Assembly (NCBI GenBank): GCA_905200615.1
Contig: CAJKLB010000001.1
Span: 4,543-68,542, forward strand
From: an uncultured Selenomonadales bacterium
GTDB lineage: Bacteria > Bacillota > Clostridia > Christensenellales > QALW01
Direction: 5' to 3'
Length of the DNA: 64,000 nucleotides
Positions 7,997-16,336 of the stretch are shown piece by piece. The first letter of the stretch is position 1; every line of letters starts with the position of its first letter. The notes below the pieces were generated by a model. The model did not search any database, was not told the DNA's origin, and saw only the letters and a list, made by a program, of their open reading frames with translations. The translations under genes and the position numbers were made by a program.

Positions 7997-9463
7997 ATGA
8001 AAAAATTTTTAGGCCTGTTCAACATAAAAAAATGGGCAAAGGATACAAAAATATTCTTTACCGTAATTCTTATATGTCTCCTATCCGCATGCGTACTTTC
8101 CGCGTTTAAACCCAGCAAAGAAGAAATGTACAGCATGGCTTCACCGCAGATGCAGCAGCTAATCGATGAAGACGCCTCCAAGGATATTAAGAGTGTTTCC
8201 GTTTCCTATAATTCTCTTTTTTTTATTAATTATATTTCTTTTTCCACCTCCGGAAACGCTTCGATCAAGGAAGCCTATTTGGGCTTTGCCGGTCAAATTT
8301 TTGACGCTACTACCGCGGATTATAAATATTTAAAGCAGAAAAACGCGCTCCACGCCATTGCCATAAAAGATATCAACACCAAGGAACTGGAATATCTTGC
8401 TTACAGCGAAGATGAAAACGCCGATATTTCACAATCGGAAAAAATCGAGCTTCCCGAAGAAAACGCCTATAAACGCGAATATTACGCCGACGGAAAGCTT
8501 ATGGCTTATAAAATATCTTACCGTGATACCAATACTACCGAAAGCTATGCGTTAAACGAAGCCGGCGGCTTTTATAAATTGGATGAAAACCATACGGTAG
8601 AATATACCTCCTCCTACAGCGAAAATATTTTGGTAAAAGACCAATACGGCAATACGATTGCCTCCGCGAACGACGGGGACGAAATTCTGCAAAAAGATGA
8701 CGGAACTTTAGTGATTAACGGCACAGAATACGCAAAAGATCAAAAGAACGCGGCAGCTGTAGTCGGCGATTTGGTCAATTATACCTACCGTCTTTTAGGG
8801 TGCGGCCAAAGTGTGCTCTACGGGGCAAAACTAACCATTTTTTTAACCATCACCACCGTACTGTGCGGTTTTATTTTAAGTATCTTTTTAGCGTTGGGCA
8901 AAATTGCAAAATATAAAATATTCAGCGCGCCGTGCAGCGCCTATATTTTCTTTTTCCGAGGCACACCGCTGATGATTCAGCTGTTCGTCATTTACTTTGC
9001 CGTTCCCGGTATCTTTCCCGGTTTTACCTGGTCAGGACTGTTCAGCGGTGTAGACGCTACCAGCAAAGGCGCGTTTTTAGCCGCCTTTATCGGATTCACG
9101 CTGAACAGCGCGGCATACTGTGCTGAAATCGTACGCGCGGCCATTCAATCGATTGATAAAGGCCAGCACGAAGCCGCCAAAGCCCTGGGTATGACATACG
9201 GGCAAACCATGCGCGATATCATCATTCCCCAATCGATCCGCCGGCTGATTCCGCCGATGGCCAATGAATTCATCATGATCTTAAAAGACGCCTCTTTGGT
9301 TTTTGTTATCAGCCTGATGGATATCACCACCATATCCAAAACGATCTCATCCAAGGGTGATTTCCTTGTTTTCGTACCGGCGCTTATCATCTATCTGATC
9401 ATCACCGCATTTTTCAGCTTTGTATTCAAAAAGCTTGAAAATAAATTTTCTATTTACGAATAA
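7997..9463 (+). CDS. Amino-acid ABC transporter permease (His/Glu/Gln/Arg/opine family) with an N-terminal extracytoplasmic extension of about 220 aa of unknown fold
   Basis: I place the start at ATG 7997 (MKKFLGLFNIKKW...). There is an N-terminal TM helix IFFTVILICLLSACVLSAF, then a hydrophilic domain with no SBP motifs. The canonical permease core follows, with the EAA loop SIDKGQHEAAKALGMTYGQTMRDIIIPQSIRRLIPPMANEF. Confidence 0.8.
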   Translation: MKKFLGLFNIKKWAKDTKIFFTVILICLLSACVLSAFKPSKEEMYSMASPQMQQLIDEDASKDIKSVSVSYNSLFFINYISFSTSGNASIKEAYLGFAGQIFDATTADYKYLKQKNALHAIAIKDINTKELEYLAYSEDENADISQSEKIELPEENAYKREYYADGKLMAYKISYRDTNTTESYALNEAGGFYKLDENHTVEYTSSYSENILVKDQYGNTIASANDGDEILQKDDGTLVINGTEYAKDQKNAAAVVGDLVNYTYRLLGCGQSVLYGAKLTIFLTITTVLCGFILSIFLALGKIAKYKIFSAPCSAYIFFFRGTPLMIQLFVIYFAVPGIFPGFTWSGLFSGVDATSKGAFLAAFIGFTLNSAAYCAEIVRAAIQSIDKGQHEAAKALGMTYGQTMRDIIIPQSIRRLIPPMANEFIMILKDASLVFVISLMDITTISKTISSKGDFLVFVPALIIYLIITAFFSFVFKKLENKFSIYE

Positions 9464-9479
9464 AGGAGGACTTTAAGGC

Positions 9480-10238
9480 ATGGCCATTTTAAGAACAGAA
9501 CACATCAGCAAAAAATTCGGCTCTCTTGAGGTTCTCAAGGATATCAATCTCAGTGTGGAAGCCGGCGAGGTGATTTGTATTATCGGTCCTTCCGGCGCGG
9601 GAAAATCCACCTATCTGCGTTCCTTAAATCAGCTTGAAAAAATTACCAGCGGAAAAATATTTATTGAGGAACACTTGTTTCTGCACCGTGAAAACGACAG
9701 AACGGTTGAAAAAATCGCCCCCGCCAAACAAAAGGAAATGCTGCTGGAGATGGGAATGGTTTTTCAGCGTTTTAATCTTTTCCCGCATAAGACCGTATTG
9801 CAGAACGTCATGCTTGCTCCGGTAAAAGTAAAAAAGCAAAAACCCGAAGCGGCTCAAGCGTTGGCATTGGAGCTGCTCAAACGCGTCGGCTTGCAGGAGA
9901 AAGCCTATGAATATCCCAACCGGCTTTCCGGAGGCCAGCAGCAGCGTGTTGCCATTGCAAGAGCTTTAGCCATGCAGCCGAAGATTATGCTGTTCGACGA
10001 ACCCACCAGCGCGCTGGATCCGGAATTGGTAGGAGAGGTTCTTTCCGTTATGAAAAAACTGGCAGAAGAAGGAATGACCATGCTGGTGGTCACCCATGAA
10101 ATGGGTTTTGCGCGCGAGGTTGCCGACCGCGTGGTATTCATGTGCGACGGTATCCTTGCCGAAGACGGTCCGCCCGAAGAAATCTTCAACCATCCCAAAA
10201 ACGAACGCACCAAGCAATTTTTGCAAAGCATATTATAA
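9480..10238 (+). CDS. Amino-acid ABC transporter ATP-binding protein (GlnQ-like)
   Basis: Walker [10 protein letters not shown], signature [15 protein letters not shown], Walker [12 protein letters not shown] and the H-loop VVTHEM. AGGAGG RBS. Confidence 0.9.
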   Translation: MAILRTEHISKKFGSLEVLKDINLSVEAGEVICIIGPSGAGKSTYLRSLNQLEKITSGKIFIEEHLFLHRENDRTVEKIAPAKQKEMLLEMGMVFQRFNLFPHKTVLQNVMLAPVKVKKQKPEAAQALALELLKRVGLQEKAYEYPNRLSGGQQQRVAIARALAMQPKIMLFDEPTSALDPELVGEVLSVMKKLAEEGMTMLVVTHEMGFAREVADRVVFMCDGILAEDGPPEEIFNHPKNERTKQFLQSIL

Positions 10239-10331
10239 AAAAACAAAAAATCCTGTTCCGGCGGGATTTTTAATCTTCTCTGCGGCGGAAAATATCCTTC
10301 CGTATAAAAGTAAAAAAGAAAGGAATTTATA

Positions 10332-11144
10332 ATGAATCATTTTGATATTCGCTGCGTCATGCTGGATCTTGACGGTACAGTCTATTTGGGAAACCGTGTT
10401 TTTGATTATACCGCTGATTTTTTTAACACACTCAGCAGCCTGAATATTCGGCATTTATTTGTAACCAACAATTCCTCGAAAAGCACGGAAGCGTATATTG
10501 AAAAATTAGCCAACATGGGCTTGCCCGCCGACACGGATACCATTTTAATCAGTTCACACGCGGCAGCGGATTATATCAACGAAAAATATAAAGGGTTACG
10601 TACCTTAATCTTAGGCACACAAAGTATGAAAAAGGAAATGCGGCAACTGGGTATCAACGTATGTGATACCGACCCGGAGCTTCTTCTGGCCGGGTTCGAT
10701 ACCGAACTTTCTTATGAAAAGCTTACCCGTTTTGTCAACTACGCAGCACAGGGGATCCCTTACCTGGCCACACATCCGGACAGAATATGTCCCGCCGAAC
10801 ACGGTTTTCTGCCGGATTTGGGAAGCATTATGGAATTGATTTTTGCTTGTACCGGACGGCGGCCCGAGGTCATATGCGGCAAACCCAATGAACAAATGCT
10901 GATCGCGGCTGAGCATAAAACCGGTTTTTCACGGCAAAATCTATTGATGGTCGGCGACCGCCTAACCACCGATATCGCCATCGGCGCCCACGGGGTCCGC
11001 ACAGCACTGGTGCTCAGCGGTGAGGCTTGTAAGGCGGATATTGAAAATGCCCCGATAAAGCCCTCTTTTGTTTTCCCCTCCCTCCGAGAATTGGGGCATA
11101 CATTAAAATATAATCTATCTTTTTTTACAAAAACTTTTCAATAA
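10332..11144 (+). CDS. HAD-superfamily subfamily IIA phosphatase (NagD-like)
   Basis: Motif I is MLDLDGTVYLG. FVTNNSS and GDRLTTDI are typical HAD-IIA motifs. Confidence 0.75.
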   Translation: MNHFDIRCVMLDLDGTVYLGNRVFDYTADFFNTLSSLNIRHLFVTNNSSKSTEAYIEKLANMGLPADTDTILISSHAAADYINEKYKGLRTLILGTQSMKKEMRQLGINVCDTDPELLLAGFDTELSYEKLTRFVNYAAQGIPYLATHPDRICPAEHGFLPDLGSIMELIFACTGRRPEVICGKPNEQMLIAAEHKTGFSRQNLLMVGDRLTTDIAIGAHGVRTALVLSGEACKADIENAPIKPSFVFPSLRELGHTLKYNLSFFTKTFQ

Positions 11145-11445
11145 CGCTTTATTTTTACATCCAAATCATTATTTTTACAATTAAAAATTGCCAGTTGAAC
11201 ACACACATTTTTATCCGAAGATCTGATAAAAATAAATTGAGGTAATGAATTTTCTAAAAAACAGTTTTATTACGCATTGGACCTCTTGACATTAAATATT
11301 TACTTCACTATTACCAAAAATAAAAATGTCTGAAAATGCATTTAAATAAGTTTTATGCTCAAGCAGCAAAAGATGTTTTCTAGAAAATACCCCTTTTTAT
11401 AATAAAATTTACCGTTTGTTTACAATTATTTTGACGCTATTCTTA

Positions 11446-11474
11446 TTGACACCCGTTGTCAATAGTGATATAAA
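11446..11474 (+). promoter_or_regulatory. Candidate promoter of the L,D-transpeptidase gene, with the -35 box inside a dyad
   Basis: TTGACA (11446-11451), a 17-nt spacer, then TATAAA (11469-11474), with TATAAT following at 11475-11480. The -35 box is part of the dyad TTGACA-N5-TGTCAA (11446-11462). Confidence 0.4.
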
Positions 11475-11605
11475 TATAATATGGTATTTTACGCATATTC
11501 GCTTAAAAAATAATTTTTTTGTCGGCGCACATAATTTTCGTAACGATTTTGCCGAAACAGACATAGATTATTAAGATTTTACTTCTTTGTTTAGGGTGAG
11601 TGTGA

Positions 11606-12688
11606 ATGAAAAAACTGATTGCTTTATTTTTATGTGTGATAAGTCTTACCGCTATTCTTTCGGGCTGTAAAGACGATTCTTCCACACTCGAAAATTCCCC
11701 CACCGACGGCATTGCCACAGAGATTCCGGTAATCACGGATGAACCGATCGATTCGCCGAGCCTCTCCCCTTCAGAAGAGCCTACCGCTTCTCCCACCCCG
11801 GCCCCTACGCCCTCCCCCCGTCCGGCGCAAACAGAGAGCATTGTTCCGGCGTATCTTCTCTCCGTAGGGTATACCACTCCCTTAGGCGATGTTCCCAAGG
11901 GCTATAAAATGCCGTATTATATCGAGGTAGATGTTACCAACCAATGCGTAAACATCTTTATCAAAAACAAATCCACCGGAAAATATGACGTGCTTCTCAA
12001 CCGTTTTGTATGCTCCGGAGGAACTTCTACGCAGCCTACCAAACTGGGTAATTTTTACATAAGAACAAATGCGGAACAAAGGGCCGCAACCGGGCAAGAT
12101 GTAAAATACAGGCGCTACTATTTTAAAAAGTATGATTCCTATGCTTACTATGTAACGCGTTACAGCAATGAATATATGTTCCATTCCTACACTTTTGTAG
12201 AATCCAACGGTTATTTAAAACCCAAAAGCGCTTATTACAATATGGGAAATCCCGGCTCGGCCGGTTGCTTGAGAATGCTGATGAACCATGCAAAATGGAT
12301 TTACGATAATATTGACGCCGGGACTTATGTGGTTGTAAACAAAAGCCGTGCCAAAGATACAAAGCTGCAAGCGGCACTGAAAAAACTACCGCCCCTGGGA
12401 TATGATATGACCAGCAGCTTTAATCCGGATACCGGCGAAGGCTTAGTGGTAACAGAACTGGTAAAAAACCCCGAAATTGTGGGAGAAGTAAAACCGACGC
12501 CTTCGGAAACGGCTGTGGTAATAATTCCTACGCCTACCCCGACACCGACACCGACGATTCCCGTAACCCCGTCACCCACACCGACCAAAAAGCCCACGCC
12601 GACGCCGACACAAAAGCCGACGCCTACCCCGACGCCGACGCCGTCACCTTCGCCGTCCTCAAGTCCTCAAAACTCTCCGGACATATAA
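11606..12688 (+). CDS. L,D-transpeptidase (YkuD domain) lipoprotein with Pro/Thr-rich N- and C-terminal linkers
   Basis: Signal peptide plus lipobox LSGC. The catalytic motif is HSYTF...GNPGSAGCLRM. The C-terminal tail is PTPTPTPTPT...KPTPTPT. Confidence 0.85.
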   Translation: MKKLIALFLCVISLTAILSGCKDDSSTLENSPTDGIATEIPVITDEPIDSPSLSPSEEPTASPTPAPTPSPRPAQTESIVPAYLLSVGYTTPLGDVPKGYKMPYYIEVDVTNQCVNIFIKNKSTGKYDVLLNRFVCSGGTSTQPTKLGNFYIRTNAEQRAATGQDVKYRRYYFKKYDSYAYYVTRYSNEYMFHSYTFVESNGYLKPKSAYYNMGNPGSAGCLRMLMNHAKWIYDNIDAGTYVVVNKSRAKDTKLQAALKKLPPLGYDMTSSFNPDTGEGLVVTELVKNPEIVGEVKPTPSETAVVIIPTPTPTPTPTIPVTPSPTPTKKPTPTPTQKPTPTPTPTPSPSPSSSPQNSPDI

Positions 12689-12762
12689 GGTATTTTATTT
12701 ACAAAGGAAGAATAAACTTAAAAGAACGCTTTGTGTATGAAGCAAAGAAAGCTGTTGCTTTG

Positions 12763-12796
12763 CGGACCGCACGGAATCCGGCGGTTCGTTTTTTTT
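12763..12796 (+). terminator. Strong rho-independent terminator 22 nt upstream of the AGCS start codon
   Basis: Stem CGGACCGC(A)CGG / CCGGCGGTTCG with loop AAT, followed by T8 (12789-12796). Confidence 0.75.
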
Positions 12797-12817
12797 GTAA
12801 AATAGAGGAGACGAACA

Positions 12818-14512
12818 ATGGATTTTTCACAATGGCTGATCGAGTTCAATACAAAAATCAATGATTTTGTTTGGGTAAAGCTGGGGCTTTTTCTATTGCT
12901 GGGTACCGGCGTGTTAATGACGCTTCGTACCGGTGGCTTTCAGATAAAATACGTCGGACATTGGATGAAAAAAACCGTAGGCAGTCTTTTTAATAAAAAA
13001 ATCGCTTCCCATTCTCATGAAAAGGCGTCTATTTCCCAATTCCAGGCACTTTGCACCGCGCTTGCGGCAACAGTGGGGGTAGGAAATATCGCCGGTGTGG
13101 CCGCGGCAATCGCTACCGGCGGCCCCGGCGCGGTATTCTGGATGTGGATCGCCGCTTTTTTCGGTATGATGACCAGTTACTCTGAAAGTGTTCTGGGCAT
13201 TTATTACCGGCGCAAAAATACTTCCGGAGAATGGACAGGCGGCGCCATGTATTATCTGCAGGATGGCCTGGGCAGTTTAAAAATGCCCCAACATCGCGGC
13301 ACATGGATGCTGCTCTCTTCCGCGGCCGCCGTTATGGCCTTCGGGGACGCGTTCCTGCTGAAAGGTCATGTTCTATCCGTTTTATTTATTATCCTCGGAG
13401 GCGCCGCTTTGCTGATTTTCGCAGCCTGCCTGTTTCATGTAAAACGATTGGGAAAAATCTTAGCCGGCGCCTTTGCTTGCTTTACCGTTCTGGCCTCTTT
13501 TGGCATTGGAAATGCTTCCCAAATCAATACCATCGCGGTAAATTTCTCGGAAGCTTTTCGTATACCCGTGCTGGAAAATACACAAATAGGAAACACGAAT
13601 TTATACATGATTATGATCGGCGTGATCCTGATGGTGATCGGGGCGCTGGTCATCATCGGCGGTATCAAGCGTATTGCAAGTGTTACAGAAAAAATCGTTC
13701 CGTTTATGGTGGTAGCCTATCTTCTGGGCGCGCTGATTGTTCTTTTTTCCAATAGCTCCATGATCTCCGGCGCGTTTTGTGCCATTTTCCGTTCCGCGTT
13801 CGGCATAAAAGCCGTAGCCGGAGGCTTTGCGGGCATTGCCGCAAAAGAAGTGATTGCCTGGGGATTCAAACGCGGCGTGTATTCTAACGAAGCCGGACTG
13901 GGCTCTTCGGTCATCGTCAATTCGGCATCCAATGTAAAGGAACCGGTACGCCAGGGAATGTGGGGTATTTTTGAAGTTTTCGCTGATACCATTATCATTT
14001 GCACCTTGACGGCACTGGTAATTCTGACCTCCGGTCTGGTAGACTTGAATACCGGAGCAATGCTTACCGATTCAGCCAAAACCGTACTGGTTTCTCAGGC
14101 ATTTTCCAAAGCCTTTGGCTCTTTCGGGAACATATTTATCGCAATATCGGTATTTCTTTTTGCCTTTTCCACTGTCTTGGGATGGTCCTACTACGGCTGC
14201 AAAGCCTGGGAATATCTATTCGGCACAAAATCAACCATTGTATACAAAATTATATTCGTAAGTTTTATTGTTTTCGGCGCGGTGATGCATCTGGATTTAG
14301 CCTGGGATATCTCTGACACCTTCAACGGACTGATGATGATCCCCAATCTCATCGGTGTGGTAACGCTCTCAGGCACGGTAGCGGCTATTACGAAAAATTA
14401 TATCCGCCGGCATTTCAAAAAAGAAAAAATTCCTCCCATGCTTTCGGCCTTTCCTGATATTCAAAAGCAGCAGGAAGAAGCGCTGCGAAAGGAAGAAAGT
14501 ATTTATCATTGA
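12818..14512 (+). CDS. Alanine/glycine:cation symporter (AGCS family)
   Basis: FQALCTALAATVGVGNIAGVAAAIATGGPGAVFWMW and SFGIGN are characteristic of the family. There are multiple TM segments. At 564 aa it is longer than the family members I remember. Confidence 0.85.
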   Translation: MDFSQWLIEFNTKINDFVWVKLGLFLLLGTGVLMTLRTGGFQIKYVGHWMKKTVGSLFNKKIASHSHEKASISQFQALCTALAATVGVGNIAGVAAAIATGGPGAVFWMWIAAFFGMMTSYSESVLGIYYRRKNTSGEWTGGAMYYLQDGLGSLKMPQHRGTWMLLSSAAAVMAFGDAFLLKGHVLSVLFIILGGAALLIFAACLFHVKRLGKILAGAFACFTVLASFGIGNASQINTIAVNFSEAFRIPVLENTQIGNTNLYMIMIGVILMVIGALVIIGGIKRIASVTEKIVPFMVVAYLLGALIVLFSNSSMISGAFCAIFRSAFGIKAVAGGFAGIAAKEVIAWGFKRGVYSNEAGLGSSVIVNSASNVKEPVRQGMWGIFEVFADTIIICTLTALVILTSGLVDLNTGAMLTDSAKTVLVSQAFSKAFGSFGNIFIAISVFLFAFSTVLGWSYYGCKAWEYLFGTKSTIVYKIIFVSFIVFGAVMHLDLAWDISDTFNGLMMIPNLIGVVTLSGTVAAITKNYIRRHFKKEKIPPMLSAFPDIQKQQEEALRKEESIYH

Positions 14513-14574
14513 CTTTTGGTTTCCCATAAAATATAATAGCAGCAAGATACTCTTTTATAAAGGAGAAAAAAACG

Positions 14575-15255
14575 ATGAAGCGTTCCGAAATTAACAAAAT
14601 TATGCGTGAAAACCTGGAATTTATTAAAAGAATGGGCTTTCAGCTGCCGCCCTTTGCCTATTTTACCCCGCAGGAGTGGCAGGAAAAAGGTCATGAGTAC
14701 GATGAAATCCGAAATCATATGCTGGGCTGGGATATCACCGATTACGGCCATGGCGATTTTAAAAAGATCGGTTTGTTTTTATTCACACTGCGCAACGGCT
14801 CCCTTTCCGAACCGGACTGCAAAAAGACCTACGCGGAAAAGCTGTTGATTTCCGATGAGGATCAATATTCTCCCATGCACTTTCATTGGAATAAAATGGA
14901 GGATATTATCAACCGCGGCGGCGGAAACCTGATTGTAGAGGTCTATAACTGCGCAGAAGATGAATCTCTGGCAGATACTGACGTCACGGTTACCACGGAC
15001 GGTCATGTGCGTACGGTACCCGCGGGTACAAAACTGAGGCTTGCTCCCGGCGAAAGTATTACGCTGCCGCCCCGGCAATATCATGCCTTCTGGGCTGAAA
15101 AAGGCACGGGAAAAGTTTTAATCGGAGAAGTGTCTATGGTAAACGACGATAATACCGACAACCGTTTTTATAAAACCATGGGGCGCTTCCCCAAAATTGA
15201 AGAAGATGAGGCACCGTTGTATCTGTTGTGTAACGAATATCCCAAGGCCAAATAA
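14575..15255 (+). CDS. D-lyxose/D-mannose family sugar isomerase (cupin)
   Basis: MKRSEINKIM...FQLPPFAYFTPQEWQ...LGWDITDYG...FTLRNG...YAEKLLI...TPMHFHW-like SPMHFHWNKMEDIINRGGGNL closely follows the E. coli O157 Z5688-type lyxose isomerase pattern. Confidence 0.8.
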   Translation: MKRSEINKIMRENLEFIKRMGFQLPPFAYFTPQEWQEKGHEYDEIRNHMLGWDITDYGHGDFKKIGLFLFTLRNGSLSEPDCKKTYAEKLLISDEDQYSPMHFHWNKMEDIINRGGGNLIVEVYNCAEDESLADTDVTVTTDGHVRTVPAGTKLRLAPGESITLPPRQYHAFWAEKGTGKVLIGEVSMVNDDNTDNRFYKTMGRFPKIEEDEAPLYLLCNEYPKAK

Positions 15256-15270
15256 ACGGAGGAAAACTAT

Positions 15271-16134
15271 ATGAAGCTTGTGGTATTCGGTGAAATTCTT
15301 TGGGATGTTTTTGAAAGCGACGCAAAAATCGGCGGCGCGCCTTTTAACTTTGCCGCGCATTCGGCAAAATTAGGCGCAGACGTTACCCTGATATCCGCAG
15401 TAGGCAGGGATCCCTTAGGGGATCAGGCAATCGATCATGCCCAAAGCATGGGCATTGATACCAACGCGCTTTCCCGCGTCCCTTATCCGACGGGTCGCTG
15501 TCAAGTAACACTGCACAACGGCACTCCCACCTATGATTTAATAAAAAACGTAGCCTATGATTTCATCCCCATGCCGAAAAATACCCTTTGCCTCGGCGAC
15601 GCTTTCTATTTCGGTACACTCGCCCAGCGCGGCGGCGTTTCCGCGGCTACGCTGAGGGAACTGTTAAAAAATAACTACCGTGAAGTATTTTTTGATATCA
15701 ATATCCGGCAAAATTATTATTCCGCGGAAATGATCGATTTCTCATTAAAAGCAGCCACCATTTTTAAAATTTCCCGGGAAGAAATCCACGTACTGGGTAT
15801 TGACGCAACGCCGGAGAACATCTGTCGGCAAACAGCCCGAAAATATCCGAATTTACGGCTGATTCTTGTTACCCTTGATAAAGACGGCGCTTTTGCCTTC
15901 CACTGTGAGCAAGAGAAATTCTACTACTCCCCCAAGCCTCAGGCCAAAGCCGTATCCACTGTAGGCGCGGGCGATTCTTTTTCCGCTTGCTTTTTATGCA
16001 ATCTTTTGGCAAGTCAAAAAATTGAAGAATGTCTTATCCGCGCGGTAACACTTTCGGATTACGTGGTAACCCAGTTGGGCGCCGTCCCGGAATATCCTCA
16101 AATACTGCGTGAAAAAATTGAACCCCTTGGTTAA
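15271..16134 (+). CDS. PfkB-family carbohydrate kinase (fructokinase-like)
   Basis: N-terminal FGEILWDVF...GGAPFNFA and the C-terminal GAGDSF motif. The gene starts 16 nt after the isomerase. Confidence 0.75.
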   Translation: MKLVVFGEILWDVFESDAKIGGAPFNFAAHSAKLGADVTLISAVGRDPLGDQAIDHAQSMGIDTNALSRVPYPTGRCQVTLHNGTPTYDLIKNVAYDFIPMPKNTLCLGDAFYFGTLAQRGGVSAATLRELLKNNYREVFFDINIRQNYYSAEMIDFSLKAATIFKISREEIHVLGIDATPENICRQTARKYPNLRLILVTLDKDGAFAFHCEQEKFYYSPKPQAKAVSTVGAGDSFSACFLCNLLASQKIEECLIRAVTLSDYVVTQLGAVPEYPQILREKIEPLG

Positions 16135-16162
16135 AATGTTTTTTCCTGCAAGCATTCTAAAA

Positions 16163-16198
16163 ATCAGTCCGCTGTAAAAAACGGCGGACTGATTTTTT
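16163..16198. terminator. Bidirectional terminator between the kinase (+) and glycoside hydrolase (-) genes
   Basis: 10-bp stem ATCAGTCCGC / GCGGACTGAT flanked by an A-run and a T-run. Confidence 0.7.
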
Positions 16199-16336
16199 AA
16201 AATATGAAATTGAATCCTATCCGATTTTTCAGCAGGCAAAATATTTTTCTCTTACAGGTAAAAATCTAAACCGATTGATTTCTGATAAAAATGGGAGACT
16301 CACCGATTTTGATGAGCCTCCGATTTTTTATACGCA

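Noticed and set aside
11503-11898. 131-aa minus-strand ORF across the Ldt start
   Set aside because: It is antisense to the Pro/Thr-linker coding region and the upstream spacer, and has no translation signals.
12520-12670. Repetitive CCGAC/GCCGAC DNA, considered as a tandem repeat or CRISPR-like array
   Set aside because: It is in frame within the Ldt gene and simply encodes a Pro/Thr linker (PTPTPTPT...). There is no spacer-repeat organisation.
12689-12817. Expected glycine riboswitch upstream of the AGCS symporter
   Set aside because: No GGAGAG...CACCG/CTCTGGAGAG-type conserved cores are present. Only a generic terminator and a small hairpin are present.
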